Shown piece by piece: positions 1-13,452 of a stretch of 64,000 nt of DNA. Source of the DNA: Octopus sinensis (lineage: Eukaryota); contig NC_043004.1 of assembly GCF_006345805.1 (NCBI RefSeq), positions 48,112,001 to 48,176,000 on the forward strand, written 5' to 3'. A program made the translations under genes and the position numbers. The notes beneath the pieces were generated by a model. That model was not told the DNA's origin and ran no database searches. It saw only the letters and a program-made list of their open reading frames with translations. Position 1 is the stretch's first letter; the number at the start of each line of letters is the position of its first letter.

Positions 1-269
1 AAATCAAGTAGGAATGTTTATAATGGTGAAAAGCGGTCCCCATATTCTTTAAAAATATCGTAACCAGTCCAAACATTTTTATCAAATTATTAACACATTT
101 ACAAAACCTTTCAGATTGATCATAAACAAGCTATGTATCAGCGATGTTTCTCTTTTCCTTTGAATCGATTGTGTAACAGTCGGATTTCCCAAACTGAAAG
201 TATATAACATCTTCTATGCTCCCATGGATTTCCAAGGCTAAATCCGTTGCATAATTCACTCTATTTTCG

Positions 270-870
270 GTGAAATCCGATAAAATCTAAACCCAAATTA
301 TCTCACTAACACACAAGCCATACGTCTTATTCATCCCCGACTTACAAATCTCTCAACCCTTACCTACAGCCCATATTTATTGCTCATGCTACGGCTCTCT
401 TTATTCAAACACCACTGTGAATAGTAATGGCATAGATATATAGATTCCACTCAAGTCACCCTCCCCAATCTTTCAAATATATCTGCTTTCCCTGCTTCCC
501 ACCTTCACCCAACAACTCTGCCACCATAACCATTCCTACATCAAAGACATTACTTCCCTTTTCCTCTTTCCCCGGCAATTATCCTAGGTGTTTTCAACAT
601 TCACAACCGTTTTTAGCCCCTGGCCCTCACATTCCTCTTAACTGATGATGTCAATGAATAATTCAAAAGTTGTAAGCAACAGATTTCTAAATCAACTAGT
701 TTCATTCTCCATCTGCATTTGTAACCGACACACAGGCACTCCAAAAACCATTAGGTCTTTATCTCACCTCTAAACCCAATATCTCTATCGCACCATTACG
801 ACCACTGCACCAGTCGAGTCGTCCGTCTACTACCATATAGTGACTATCCACCACACATACACTTGCCTGC
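270..870 (+). mobile_element. Degenerate L2/CR1-type LINE endonuclease fragment
   Basis: C-rich decayed coding sequence containing ILGVFNIHN, resembling the APE GDFN motif. Confidence 0.45.
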
Positions 871-2594
871 CTGAATTAATCGGAATGTATTTATCTAGTT
901 CGTCTGGGTATTTTGTTGTTTGCTGAATAATTACTAAAACGCAGAGTATTGTTTATTTTCTTACTAAGTAAACTAAAGTTTTAACAAGTCTTTGTTTACT
1001 CTAGCGGTTTCGTATGACATCTACAATGATCTCATTTTATTTTGATGTTTTTATATTTATAATTATTAATTGTATAAAATAAAATAAGCACCAATCAAGT
1101 GGTGAGGTCGAGATAATCTTTATGCTCCTTCTAAAGTGTCTTTGAGTATATTTTTTTTTTAGTATTCCCGCTTAATTTTCGAGAGCAGTATCGGCAGAAA
1201 CGAAAGAATGCTGGGATAAAAATAAACACATTAGATGATGTGGTCCTGAATACATTATATGAACGAGTGTTGCATTGATGGCTCTGATTATGGGTCTATT
1301 CCGTCAATGCTAACTGGGACTAAACAACGACATAATCATAAACATCAACAACTGGAATATTGATTTCTTATAAAAGTACAAGATCAAAATTTTACAAGTT
1401 AAGGAATTAAGCTTCTGCTGCACCTACACCGTTTTGTATTGCATCAGAAATACAAAGGAAATGATTCTAATCAAAATTGGAAGCTGTTTAAAATGGCGTT
1501 TGCAATACTGTTCATGACACCCAATAAAATACTGCACACACATCTGAAACATCGCTCTGTGGGCTTCCCTCTCAAATATGCGCAAGCAACACTTGATTAT
1601 TCCGCAACCTATGTAAAGATTCCACTCAGGACAACTTTATCCAAGGTATTCCTCTTTTTTCTTCATCTTTTCAAAGATTCTAGGGTATTATTTGAAGGGA
1701 AATTCGGCTGCTATTTCAAGCAGAATTACCACTTAGATGATCCCACGTTTTCGACAACGTCGAGCGAAAAGTTCAAACTTATCATCAACTGTATCCACCT
1801 CACGAGTGTGAGAAGGCCTAGAGGTATCATGAGTGATTTCCCTTCACCGATTCTACTAAATAATAACGGAGAGAAAGACCATAGAGTTAATGCTCTTCAC
1901 ATGAAAATAAAACAATATAGACAAATTACAATCCATCGAAAGTTAGCTGAATAAGTCTTTCACCCTAATCACTTATCCAACTGACATCCTTTCGTACTTG
2001 AAATGCACATTCGAAAACGTATTAAATTATACAATTAAAGTATTTGTTAGAGAAAACATTTATCAGTGTCAGTTCCCATTCAGATTTCTGGTTGCATGAT
2101 ATTGAAAAGTTAATAAAATAAACAAAATCGATAATTTATTATATATAATTCTTTTATCAAATTATAATACTCATTAAGCTAAAAAAAAAGGTGGGTTTTC
2201 TTTTATTTTTTTTTCTTTGTTTTTTTTTTATTTCAATTTCTTCAAACATTTATGATTTGATTAATTGAATTCGAAAGGGGGGTAAATATACGTCATTGAA
2301 ATTTGAACAAATTGTAAACTTAATCTACTTTGATTTGTTAGTTTCATTGCTTCCAGTTCTCGATGTTAGAATTAGTTAGAATCAACTAGCTGGATTATCC
2401 AAATTTTCATTTTATAAAATATGAACAAGCAGAAGTTAAAAAAACAAAACACAACCGAAACATCCACTGTTTAATAATAAAGATTAAATTTTACTTTTTA
2501 AATTTGTCTCTTATGCAGTGTCAAAATACGTTTGATACTTTAATGCACGTTTTATAGAAATATATGATATTAGTTTGAAAATCTTAAATTGATA

Positions 2595-4080
2595 TTAATT
2601 ATTTTTAGAATCTTTTACTTTTTTAAGAGCCAAAGTTTTTATAGCTTTCCTATCAAACTTACCACTAGCCAAAAGTGGAAATGAAGGAAAATATAAAATG
2701 TAATCAGGATGCATCGATACACAATCAAAGTTCTTTGGTTGTGGCATTGTTTCTGTACAAAACTTTTTTAATTCTTCTTCATTGAACTCGTGATTTGGTC
2801 GAATGGTAACACATGCGCACACACGTTCACCAACCTCCTCGTCAGGAATTGGTACAACAACCACAGCATCTACGTTCGGTTGACGTCCGACATAATCTTC
2901 AATAAGTTTAATCGATAACTTTACCGTACACTTTTTGATAAAATCTGTACTTCTTCCAATCATTATGATGTCACCATCTTTAGTTAAGTAACCAATATCT
3001 GACGTTGAATACCATCCTTTTTCTAGACACGAGGTGCCATCAAGAAATGTTTTCGTCGTCCACTTACTTCGAAAATATAAATAGCCTGTCTTTCCAATAT
3101 CCACAACCCTCTTCTCCTCGTCAACAATTTTGATTTCTGTTCCTTCAAGTGGTCGCCCGAGCATTCCTTGTCGATGTTGTGACATGTTTTCTGGAGTAAA
3201 AAATCTACTGGATATAATCAAAGCTTCAGTGGCTCCATAAATAATTCCAAATTCATCTGCAATTTTAAAAGAATACTCTATTGCATCATGTGTAAGCATA
3301 TCTCCACCGGATAGTACCGTCTTTACACGAAACCCACGATTGCCAAGTCGTTTCAAGTCCTGTGGTGCAACACCCACAATAGTACATTTCTCTTGCTGCC
3401 ATAAATTTACTACAAAATCGAAATTCTTCGTATCGTTCAACATTTCTACATCTCCAGTGACGTGTTTGGCTCCCTTGGTTAAGAGCAGAAACGGATATCC
3501 TCCAATATATCCCATTGGTCGACCGGAAAATAATACATCAAAAGTAGAAATACTAGTGCCACTAACAAACTTATCTGGTAGATTTATAAAGTTGAAATGG
3601 CTGTGACATATACGTTTAGGTACACCTGTGGTTCCTGAAGTCTGATTGATGGATGCAATATCTTCCGGGTCAATGTAAGGAAACTCAACCTCGTCATCGT
3701 CACTTACTTCTGCCATCAATTTAGCAGCAGATAAAGCATTGGCTGGTCTGTGAGAATTGGACACATCAATGGCAAACCTCAAATCGGGACACGCTTCGCA
3801 AGATACTTTTCCATTATTGTCTATTTGTGCAATGGATAAGAAACTGTCCCAAATAGATTTGGAACCAAATACTACGGCACTACAACCTTCTATAACAGAT
3901 TTTATATCTGCTAATCCAAACATTAATCTCATAGAATATGCTCCAGTCATCATGATTCCAATATCGTAGCTCATCCATTCCACACAGTTAGGAACACAAA
4001 ATGCAATCTTGTCTCTTTTTTTAATGCCTAGTTTCATCAAAGCCTTTGCGAACTTCACAGCTCCATCGTGCATTTCTTTT
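2595..4080 (-). CDS. ANL-superfamily acyl-CoA synthetase-like (ACSF2/4CL/luciferase-like) enzyme, copy 1, large terminal coding exon 2
   Basis: 492-aa ORF with P-loop QTSGTTGVPK, A5 YGATE, A7 TSDIG, A8 GRSTDFIK and A10 LASGK. Minus-strand acceptor ttgtctttgcAG lies immediately 5' of 4080; the exon starts A|AAA GAA ATG (phase 2) and ends at TAA 2595-2597. Confidence 0.93.
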
Positions 4081-5078
4081 CTGCAAAGACAAACAACGTT
4101 ATGAGTATGTATGCTTCTTAAAATCAGTATTAATCACATAACATAGAACTCACATTGACATCTTCAATTAAGCGATCGCTATGTATTCATTGCCTTGATT
4201 TTGAGAAAACTTCTTGTGCTCTTCACCTTTGCAGGTTATCCGAGACATCGAGCTCGGTGCGGTTAATGCCTGGATTGACACTCACACTGTTACATATCGA
4301 GAAGATCTTTATGAACACCATCGTTTTCGTGACACAAAATGGTGCGGCACCACGTCCTGTGTGATATTTTACGAAGACCCCCCACTGCCGCTTGACAACC
4401 GGTGTTGGTCTGTTTATGTCCCCATAGCATAGCGGTTCGGCAAAAAAGACCGATATAATAAGTACTAGGTTAAAAAAAATAAGTCCTAGTGTTGATTTGT
4501 TCGACTAAAACCCTTTAAGGCGATGCTCCAGTATGGCCGCAGTCAAGTGACTGAAAGAAGACAAAAGATTAAAGATTTATATAAACTGCAAAAAGACAAG
4601 TGAACCTTCAATTTTAATATTCCTTTCTGCAACAGAATTTTAATATTCCTTTTCAGGCACAAGGTCTGAAATTTGGGGGTTAGGGGACTTGTCGATTACA
4701 GTCCTCGACTGGTAGTTATTCCATCGACTCTGAAAGGAAGAAAAGCAAACGTGACCGCGGGGAAATATGAACTTGAAACGTAAAGACGGTCAAGATGGCG
4801 CTGAGCATTTTGTACGGCATGCTTACAATTCTGCCAGCTCGACGCCTTCTTCCAAGTAAATATTGGTTTCAAATTTTGCAACACGGACCAAACAATTTCG
4901 AAAAAAAGGGTAAGTCGATTACATCAACTCCATTGCTGCTACAATACTTATTTTATTGACCGCGAAAGGATGAAAGGCAAAGCTGACCTCAGCAGAATTT
5001 GAACTCAGAACGTAAAGACGGATGAAATGTCGCTAAGCATTTTCTCCGGTGTGTTAACGGTTCTGCCAACTCGCTACC

Positions 5079-5117
<39 letters not shown>

Positions 5118-5565
5118 GATTTGCTTGTCATTTGTTTGACCTTAACCAGTTGAGCATGTCCCTTAGTGGCTGACGATATGTGCATCTCTGATCACGAGCA
5201 GAAGTAGTGGGGAGCATCATAGCCATGTGTTGAGAGGGATTCGTTGGGGTTTGAATAATTCACCTCTGGAAACATGGGTGGTTTTTTCAACATCCTTAAA
5301 CAACCCTTATTCAGGGACCGTTTGAGCAGGATGGGCTACTCAACCTGAAGAAAATTCTAACTGGGCCCACTTGCAAGCTCATGTGCTGTTTATCTTGATA
5401 TGAGATCACCATGTCGCGCTCATATGGTTGTGATGCATGTGCCTGGTGTACCCTTATCAGACGGGTAGTCATGATGGGTATATTGGGCTTCGTATATTTT
5501 ACCCCAGTGTTACTTTGATGGCATGAACTGCTCTCTCACTCAATAATAATAATAATAATAATAAT
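5118..5565 (+). mobile_element. SINE or LINE 3' fragment with RTE-like tail and (AAT)n end
   Basis: Ends ...gatggcatgaactgctctctcactc(aat)n and is flanked by (AAT)n. Confidence 0.55.
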
Positions 5566-6215
5566 AGTGCTTTCTACCATAAGCACAAGGCCTAAAATTT
5601 GGGGGAAGGGGGATAGTTGACTGCATCGACCCCTTTGCTCAAATGATACTTATTTATCGACCCCGAAAGGATGAAAAGCTAAGTCGACCTCAGCCGAATT
5701 TGAACTCAGAAGGTAAAGACAAACGAAATGGCGCTAAACATTAACGATTCTGCCAACTCGCTACCTTAATAATAGTAATAATAATACTTTCTACTATAGG
5801 CGTAATGCCTGAGATTTATGGGATGGGGCACTAGTCGATTACATCGACTCTACTGTTTGACTGGTACTTTTTCTTCCCCGAAAGAATAAAAGTCAAAGTC
5901 GACCTCGGTGGAATTTGAACTCAGAATGTAGCGACAGACGAAATACCTATTTCTTTACTACCCCCAAGAAGCTATTGCACTACTTGTTGGGGAGAAATTA
6001 CAACTTAAGAGAACAAAAAATGGTGGGGCAAACGAACAATGGTGGAAACGACGCATTGAAAGGGACATAATGCGGGCAGGGCAAGATCTAGGAAAAACTG
6101 AGCAGTGGTTAGCAAGGAACATAAGATACTGTGGTATTTTACAATCCAATGTGAGAGGCTCGGAGACCAGAAGGTAAAAGTAAGCCAGCTAGAATTTTGA
6201 GATTGGTACTTTGAT

Positions 6216-6622
6216 ACTCTTTTACTCTTTTACTTGTTTCAGTCATTTGACTGCGACCATGCTGGAGCACCGCCTTTAATCGAGCAACTCGACCCCGGGA
6301 CATATTCTTTGTAAACCCAGTGCTTATTCTATCGGTCTCTTTTGCCGAACCGCTAAGTGACGGGGACATAGATACACCAGCATCGGTTGTCAAGCGATGT
6401 TTGGTGGACAAACACAGACATACAAACATACACGCACACACACATATACATATACATATATACGACGGGCTTCTTTCAGTTCCCGTCTACCAAATCCACT
6501 CACAAGGCTTTGGTCGGTCCGAGGCTATAGTAGAAGACACTTGCCCAAGGTGCCACGCAGTAGGACTGAACCCGGAACTATGTGGTTGGTAAACAAGCTA
6601 CTTACCACACAGCCACTCCTGC
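6216..6622 (-). mobile_element. tRNA-derived SINE family B with internal CA/TA microsatellite
   Basis: Reverse complement of the copies at 22629-23040 and 36460-36865; tRNA-like head ggagtggctgtgtggtaag...ggttcagtcc and (gtaaaaga)n tail. Confidence 0.8.
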
Positions 6623-6632
6623 GCCTATGTTG

Positions 6633-6664
<32 letters not shown>

Positions 6665-7399
6665 GAGGAGGAAGAGGAGGAGGAGGAGGATGATCCCTAA
6701 GCTGCTGACTCCGTATTGTAGTTTTCTTTTGTCTAGTGGCTATGGCGAAAGAAGTTGTCAGGTGGACGAATGTTGAACGGCATGCCTTACCTGCTCGATT
6801 AAATGAGGGCAGCAGGACAGTGCCACACCACTTCGAGGTATTTTTCAGCTTCTGCCAGAGTGGGAAACTTAAGTCTCGTTGCGACAAATGCATTTATAGG
6901 CAATAGTATTTCTTTTAGAGTTAGTTAATTTTTTTCCTTTTCATTAAGCGACATGACACCTGGTTTCATAATATCACTGTTATACTGGAAGTCCTTACAT
7001 TTCAAAGCTTTCACCGAGTTCACGCTCCACTGGCTAAGTGCTCTCGATCTCACACTGTTTATTTTGTCCTCTATAATCATATCCTATCTTCTTGCTTCAA
7101 TAGTATGGCCAATGTTTATTGGAAAGTCCCACAAGATCTCCTAATTCTCATATTCTACCTCAGCTTCGGGTTTTGTGGTCATACCACTTTTCAGTTGTTT
7201 TGAAGCCACGCACTCGACTAACATCCCAATTCACGCTTTTGCCTACACATTGATGTCTGCCTCTATACTCCTTTTGAGCTAGTATACTGCACTCGCTCAA
7301 AAGACGATTGATACTTTAGTTTCCTTTCCTATAGATTCTACATTTGCTGTGTGACTGAGTTTTGCGATCTTTGCTTTTTATCAGATTTGTTGTAAGGGT

Positions 7400-7930
7400 T
7401 TGTTCCTGAGCAGCTACAATTAATGTTTCTGTCTTTTGTTTCAAATTCCCGTCTATCATCCAGAGCCAGTAGCATGAATTGGCAATTTCATTTCAATTGT
7501 TTTCTTCTTCTCTTTGACTTATCCTACTGTTACAGTCACTTTTGCGGTATTTCTGGCTGCTGGAATACCAGAAGCAATAGAGCTGTGCCCAATGGGGTCA
7601 AGGTAGAAGTAATTCTGGAAGGAAGGTTACTAATCTGTTATGCTTGTGGAGAGAAGGAACATATCAAAAAAGGTGTCCTAAACTAACGAAGGGGGTTACA
7701 GACACGGAAACACAAGAATGTGAAATAGAATTGGAGAAAAAAAACCAAGACGTGGAACAGAACACGAAGTACATGCACGTAAAAACAAGAGAGAAGGAAT
7801 TCATCGCCTAAAGAGAAATTACAACAAAAGAAACATAAAAAAAAACAGGAAGAAACAGACCCGTTAAGACAATCAACAACAACGAGCACAAGCAATACGC
7901 CCATAGGTTCACCAGTAAGGAAAAATACCA
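7400..7930 (+). mobile_element. L1/Tx1-type ORF1 fragment (zinc knuckle)
   Basis: VEVILEGRLLICYACGEKEHIKK, a CCHC-like knuckle similar to the ORF1 relic near 28450-28550. Confidence 0.55.
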
Positions 7931-8599
7931 CAAGCAGAACAGAAACACCAAGTAAACGCACAGACGTACAGACACACAAACATACAGACACACAGACACA
8001 CAAACACACAGACACACAGACTCATAAAAACACAGACATACTGACACACAATAACACAGATATACAGACACATAAAAACACGCAGACACACAAGATGTAG
8101 AACAAGGTAAAAATATATACAGAAACAAAATTTATTTAATACAGTTCTATATTTAAGAGATGAGGAATTATGTACATTATTTACATTATTCATATTATTT
8201 ACATTTGACGGGTATTTAACAACAAGCAAGTGAGGACAAATATCCGTCAAATGTAAATAATGTAAAATTTATTTAGTTATTGCACAAATCAAAAAAAAAA
8301 GCGAGAGAAAAATAACGAAAATGAAAAGGATTACAAGGGTAAAACTCTCAGAAGGCTACAAGGACATGAAGTATATAGGTCGGGTCGAAGTTTATTATCG
8401 CTTATTTGATATCTCAAAATATTGATAAGTAGTTGTATTAAACACGCACTTGTCCTTATTTAGATTAATATTATACCTTTTTGCACTCTCTAAAATCTTA
8501 GACAGATTAGTGTCGTGCTTTTTGTTAGTATTTCCAACAATCGCAATATCGTCTAAGTATACATGAGTTTTTTTTTTATTTTTTATTTTTATTTATGAA

Positions 8600-9420
8600 A
8601 TTGTCAATAATTCACTGAAAACAAGCGACACCGTTCGTTAACCCATAAGGATGTCGTGTGAACTGATACAGACAGCTATTTGCCTCGAAGGTGGTATAAA
8701 TTTTATCATCCTTGTGCAGCTGTACACATTGATAAGCACTACGTAACTCTAAACGACCACAGTATTTGTAAATGGAGAACTTGTGTACTAAATCATATAG
8801 ATTCGGCAAGGGAATTTCATCTAGACAAGTAAACTTATCTTTCGTAGCCGTGTAATCAATATCTAGTCTTTTTTTGTATTGTTTTAAACTAGATGTACTT
8901 GAGCTCTTCAAGGTGAATTGCTTTGTTCGGTGATACCTTCCTTCAACAAACGCTCGATGAGAGCTTTTAACAAAAATCCATTTATAGATATTTCTATCAT
9001 CGACGTGTTCAACGCAGAGAGAACAGAAGCAAGCGTACCAGATTGAATTTATGCAGCAACAGAATATTTAGACCTGCAAACTTTTGAATAAAGACCAATC
9101 TTCTTGCATTTCCTACATTCAGCATTTCGAGCTCAACATTTAACACACTCATGTCTTGATACACTTACACACCCGTAACAGTAAGTCCAACGTTTTGATG
9201 TATTACTAGTCGCTGCACTAGTTTCCTCCAGCCATTCACTCCCTTCTAGACCTGAAGACGACTTCATCGTTTCTTCGGTTTGTTTCGCTGTGGCTACCGG
9301 GAGATTAGTAGAGGCTGGTGTGAAATCATAAATTTGTGAGTTGATATTAGCAATTTCCGAGGCGCGTGCCTGATTAATTGCATTAGTCAGAGTATAAGAC
9401 CAAAGTACGGCCCACAATAT
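8600..9420 (-). mobile_element. Gypsy/Ty3 LTR-retrotransposon pol (RT) fragment in the intron of copy 1
   Basis: KKRLDIDY...PLPNLYDLV...LRSAYQ...TTFEANSCLYQFTRHPYGLTNGVACFQ matches Gypsy RT motifs; degenerate. Confidence 0.8.
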
Positions 9421-9491
9421 TAATTCAACAAATTAAATTTTCTATTCCACAGAAATGAGACTAATAACATATATATTTCAATAATACTTAC

Positions 9492-9637
9492 AAGGTTATT
9501 TGGTGTCTCTTGTATTCTGCATCATACGAAACGACTGCTGTTTTGTCCGGATACTTTTCAGCCCAAATACGCAATCTTTCAGGAATCGTGTCATACGAAT
9601 TTTCCGCAACTCCTACTGTGTGGATGTAACTAGCCAT
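9492..9637 (-). CDS. Coding exon 1 of ANL enzyme copy 1 (MASYIHTVG...YPDKTAVVSYDAEYKRHQIT)
   Basis: Peptide resembles acyl-CoA synthetase N-termini (SYIH, TIPERL, YPDK-AVV, IT). It ends ACC TT|GTAAGT with the donor at 9491; TT plus the first A of exon 2 gives TTA, in frame with exon 2 for 543 aa total. The ATG at 9637 has aaaATGG context; an in-frame upstream ATG at 9673 is an alternative start. Confidence 0.88.
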
Positions 9638-9889
9638 TTTCACAAACTGTGATGTTCGCGTTTCCAAAATCATACAAAAACAGAAAACAAATTATAAGTA
9701 TAATCCATTTCATAGTTGAAATTATTATCTTGACTTTAAACAAAATACACAGATACACATTATTCTCCTCTCATAAAGTTACTGTTTAGTACAAAACGAG
9801 CGGTTTAAAAGCATTAGTTTAATTACTTTAGAGTTATTTCAGGCTGTCTAAAGTGTGTTTATGACGTGTTAAACTAACATATTATATAT

Positions 9890-11210
9890 ACACAAATCAA
9901 AGGTAGAAAAGAAAGATCACAACAAACGGAAACCATAAAAACACATGCGAGAAAAAAGGACGATAGCACGACAACGGCAAACAGAACAAAACAAGATACA
10001 CGGGTCATTCGCAAGCAATTGCCTCTTCAGTCAGAATCCGGAAAGTCTTCGTAGTTTCGCCCACTTATCTCCGATACTACTCGAATCCGGCTGGGCCAGG
10101 GACTTAAGCTAAAAGCGTTGAGCCTCTGGAAAAGGCAAACGAGTATACATAAACGAAAATCCCACTGCGTGGCACCTTGGGCTAGTGTCTTCTACTATAG
10201 ACTCGGGCTGACCAAAGCCTTGTGAGTGGATTTACTAGATGGAAACTGAAAGAAGCCCGTCGTATATATGTATATATGTGTGTGCGTGTTTGTGTGTTTG
10301 TGTGTCTGTGTTTGACCGCCAACATCGCTTGACAACCAATGCTGGTGTGTTTACGTTCCCGTAACTTAGCGGGTCGGCAAAAGGGACCGATAGAATAAGT
10401 ACTAGGATTACAAACAATAAGTCCTGGGGTCGATTTACTCGACTAAAGGCGGTCTCCAGCGTGGCCGCAGTCAAATGACTGAAACAAGTAAAAGAGTAAC
10501 AGAAAGGGTCTTTCGACTACTGGAAGAATGAAATAGAATTATACATATACAATGGACAAACGCTTTTCAGCTATACGAGAAAAGAGAATAAATATACAAT
10601 TACAACGAAAATAAAAGAAAACAAACAGGGTCTTTCGACCATCAGATGTGTGTAGTAAGCTAGCGCAAGGAAAATGGAAATGGAAAAAAATCTTAAGAGA
10701 CCGGGCGACAGGACACAGCAGACACGACCAGCCTCAAAGGCGGCCAGCCGAAAACGGATGACAATACCTGAACCGAACAGCTATAATGTGATAGGGGAGA
10801 GGAGGATTTGAAGAGGGCAGAGGGACTAAAGAATAGGAGAAAGGGGAAAAAAATTAAAGGGACCAAAGAATGAGAGGGAGAGAAGAGAGAGAGAGAAAAG
10901 GAACAAGGGAGGTGAGGAAGAAATGCAAAAGAGATAGCAGAATAAGAGGTGGGGAAGGATTAAGGAATATGAGAGAGAGAAATGAAATCAGATGGACTGA
11001 GGAACGAGGGGGAGAGACAGAGAGAAAAAAAAAGAGACCGAGTGAGAGAGAGGAGGGAGGAAAAAGGGAAAATGGCGAGGAAAAGAGGTTGAGAGTTGTA
11101 CGTAGCGCTGCATAAATATATCAAAGGTAGAACAGAATGAACACAACAAACGGAAACTGTCAAAACAACATGAGGAAAACAAGGACGATAGCACGACAAC
11201 GGCAAACAGG
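9890..11210. mobile_element. Non-autonomous Penelope-like repeat with ~95-bp terminal direct repeats, interrupted by a SINE B copy (10158-10500)
   Basis: atcaaaggtagaa...aaggacgatagcacgacaacggcaaacag occurs at ~9895-9985 and ~11120-11209, with a purine-rich interior. Confidence 0.55.
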
Positions 11211-11850
11211 TATGTGTGTATTTATTTATGTATGTATGTATGTATGTATGTATGTATGTATGCAATGTATGTATGTATGTATGCAATGTATGTAATGTAT
11301 GTATGTATGCAATGTATGTAATGTATGTATGTAATGTATGTATGTATGTATTCAATGTATGTAATGTATGTATGTATGTATGTATGTATGTATGCAATGT
11401 ATGTATATGTATGTATGTATGTATGCATGTATGCAATGTATATAATGTATGTATGTATGTATGTATGCAATGTATGTATGTATGTATGTATGTGTATGTA
11501 TGTATGTATGTATGTGTATGTATGTATGTATGTATGTATGTGTATGTATGTATGTATGCAATGTATATAATGTATGTATGTATGTATGTATGTATGCAAT
11601 GTATGTATGTATGCATGTGTATGTATGTATGTATGTATGTGTATGTATGTATGTATGTATGTGTATGTATGTATGTATGTATGTATGTATGTATGCAATG
11701 TATATAATGTATGTATGTATGTATGTATGTATGTATGTATGTATGCATGTTTGTATGTATGTATGTATGTATGTATGTGTATGTATGTATGTATGTATGT
11801 GTATGTATGTATGTATGTATGCATGTTTGTATGTATGTATGTATGTATGT
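11211..11850. repeat. Compound (ATGT)n microsatellite with interspersed gcaatgt/ataatgt variants
   Basis: Read directly from the sequence. Confidence 0.95.
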
Positions 11851-12065
11851 ATTTAGTGTATTTGTTTTTATACTTTTTTGGCGGGGTAACGCAAGCATTC
11901 GAAATAGGATGAGACAAAAGAAAGGGTACGGCAGTGGGAGAGAGATAACGTCACATACACATGAATGTCTGTCCTTGTTTGTCCCGTCAATGTTTAGCCA
12001 CTTGTGGGCAATAAAGAAATGCATACACATGAATACTAAAACGCACACACATATATGCACACACA

Positions 12066-12575
<510 letters not shown>

Positions 12576-12581
12576 TACATA

Positions 12582-13452
12582 CAGAGTGCGATGGATAAAT
12601 TGTCACCATTTTTTTTTCGCGCGTGTGCATTGTCTGTTTTTGAATTTCTCGACTACAGAATATAATGGGGTCAGTTGGACACAGTCTGTGAAAAAAACAG
12701 CACCGTCACGCAAACCAATCTACTAGAAATTTGAAAATGACATGCTATACTGCTGGGCATTCGCACCGAGAGCTCCAATACAAACATCTCAGAATGTTTG
12801 GATGTCAACATAAGGACAGTGCAATCTGAGGATATGTACAGACAGTGATAAAAATCAAACATCCAGTCAACATCATGGTGTATAGAGTGATCACTAGTGA
12901 TGGTGATGTTGTGCCTTCATTCATCTTCTCAAACAGCCTCAGATTGAACATGGAGACCTACAAGTGCCTGGAGGATGTAGTGCTGCCCTGGGTAAAGAGG
13001 TTGGCTGCTGGAAGACCCTATATCTCGCAAAAGGACTCTGCCCCATACCATACAAGCAAAGGACTCAGTCATGGCTGTCAGACAATTTCTCCAACCACAT
13101 CACCCCTAACAACTGACCACCTAACTTCCCAGACTTTAACTCACTTGATTATTATGTGTGGGGTGCAGCTGATCGAGAGACCAACTCCTTGTAACACCAA
13201 AGATGAACTGAAGGCAAGGATTATGGCAGTATTTACCAACTTAAACAAAGAAACCGTCCAGAAGAGTTACAGAAGATTCCGAAGTCGTCTGGAACCTAGT
13301 TGAAACCAATGGCGATTTTATTGGATATATTTACTCTTTAGTATTTCAATATATCTTTATGCAATTTTGGTAAGTAAGTCTGTTAAAGTGACATATCAGT
13401 GTTCTTTTCACTTTTTGCATAATTTAGGCGATAATTTATTTACTGCACCCTA
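12582..13452 (+). mobile_element. Tc1/mariner-superfamily (maT/DD37D-like) DNA transposon relic
   Basis: Imperfect ~27-bp TIRs (cagagtgcgatggataaattgtcacc / ggcgataatttatttactgcaccct) with TA flanks; transposase remnant KHPVNIMVYRVITSDG...VVLPWV...QKDSAPYHTS. Confidence 0.8.

Noticed and set aside
1439-1954. 171-aa plus-strand ORF
   Set aside because: No recognisable motif or splice context, and other frames are broken; probably a decayed TE or chance ORF.
3340-3969. Plus-strand ORFs inside the enzyme exons (also 45008-45238, 59235-59534, 59574-59897)
   Set aside because: Antisense shadows of the real CDS.
4235-4380. Exon-like segment after tttgcAG on the + strand (VIRDIELGAVNAW...)
   Set aside because: No donor site; it runs into a SINE, and another frame (IVFVTQNGAAP) resembles a Tc1 transposase relic.
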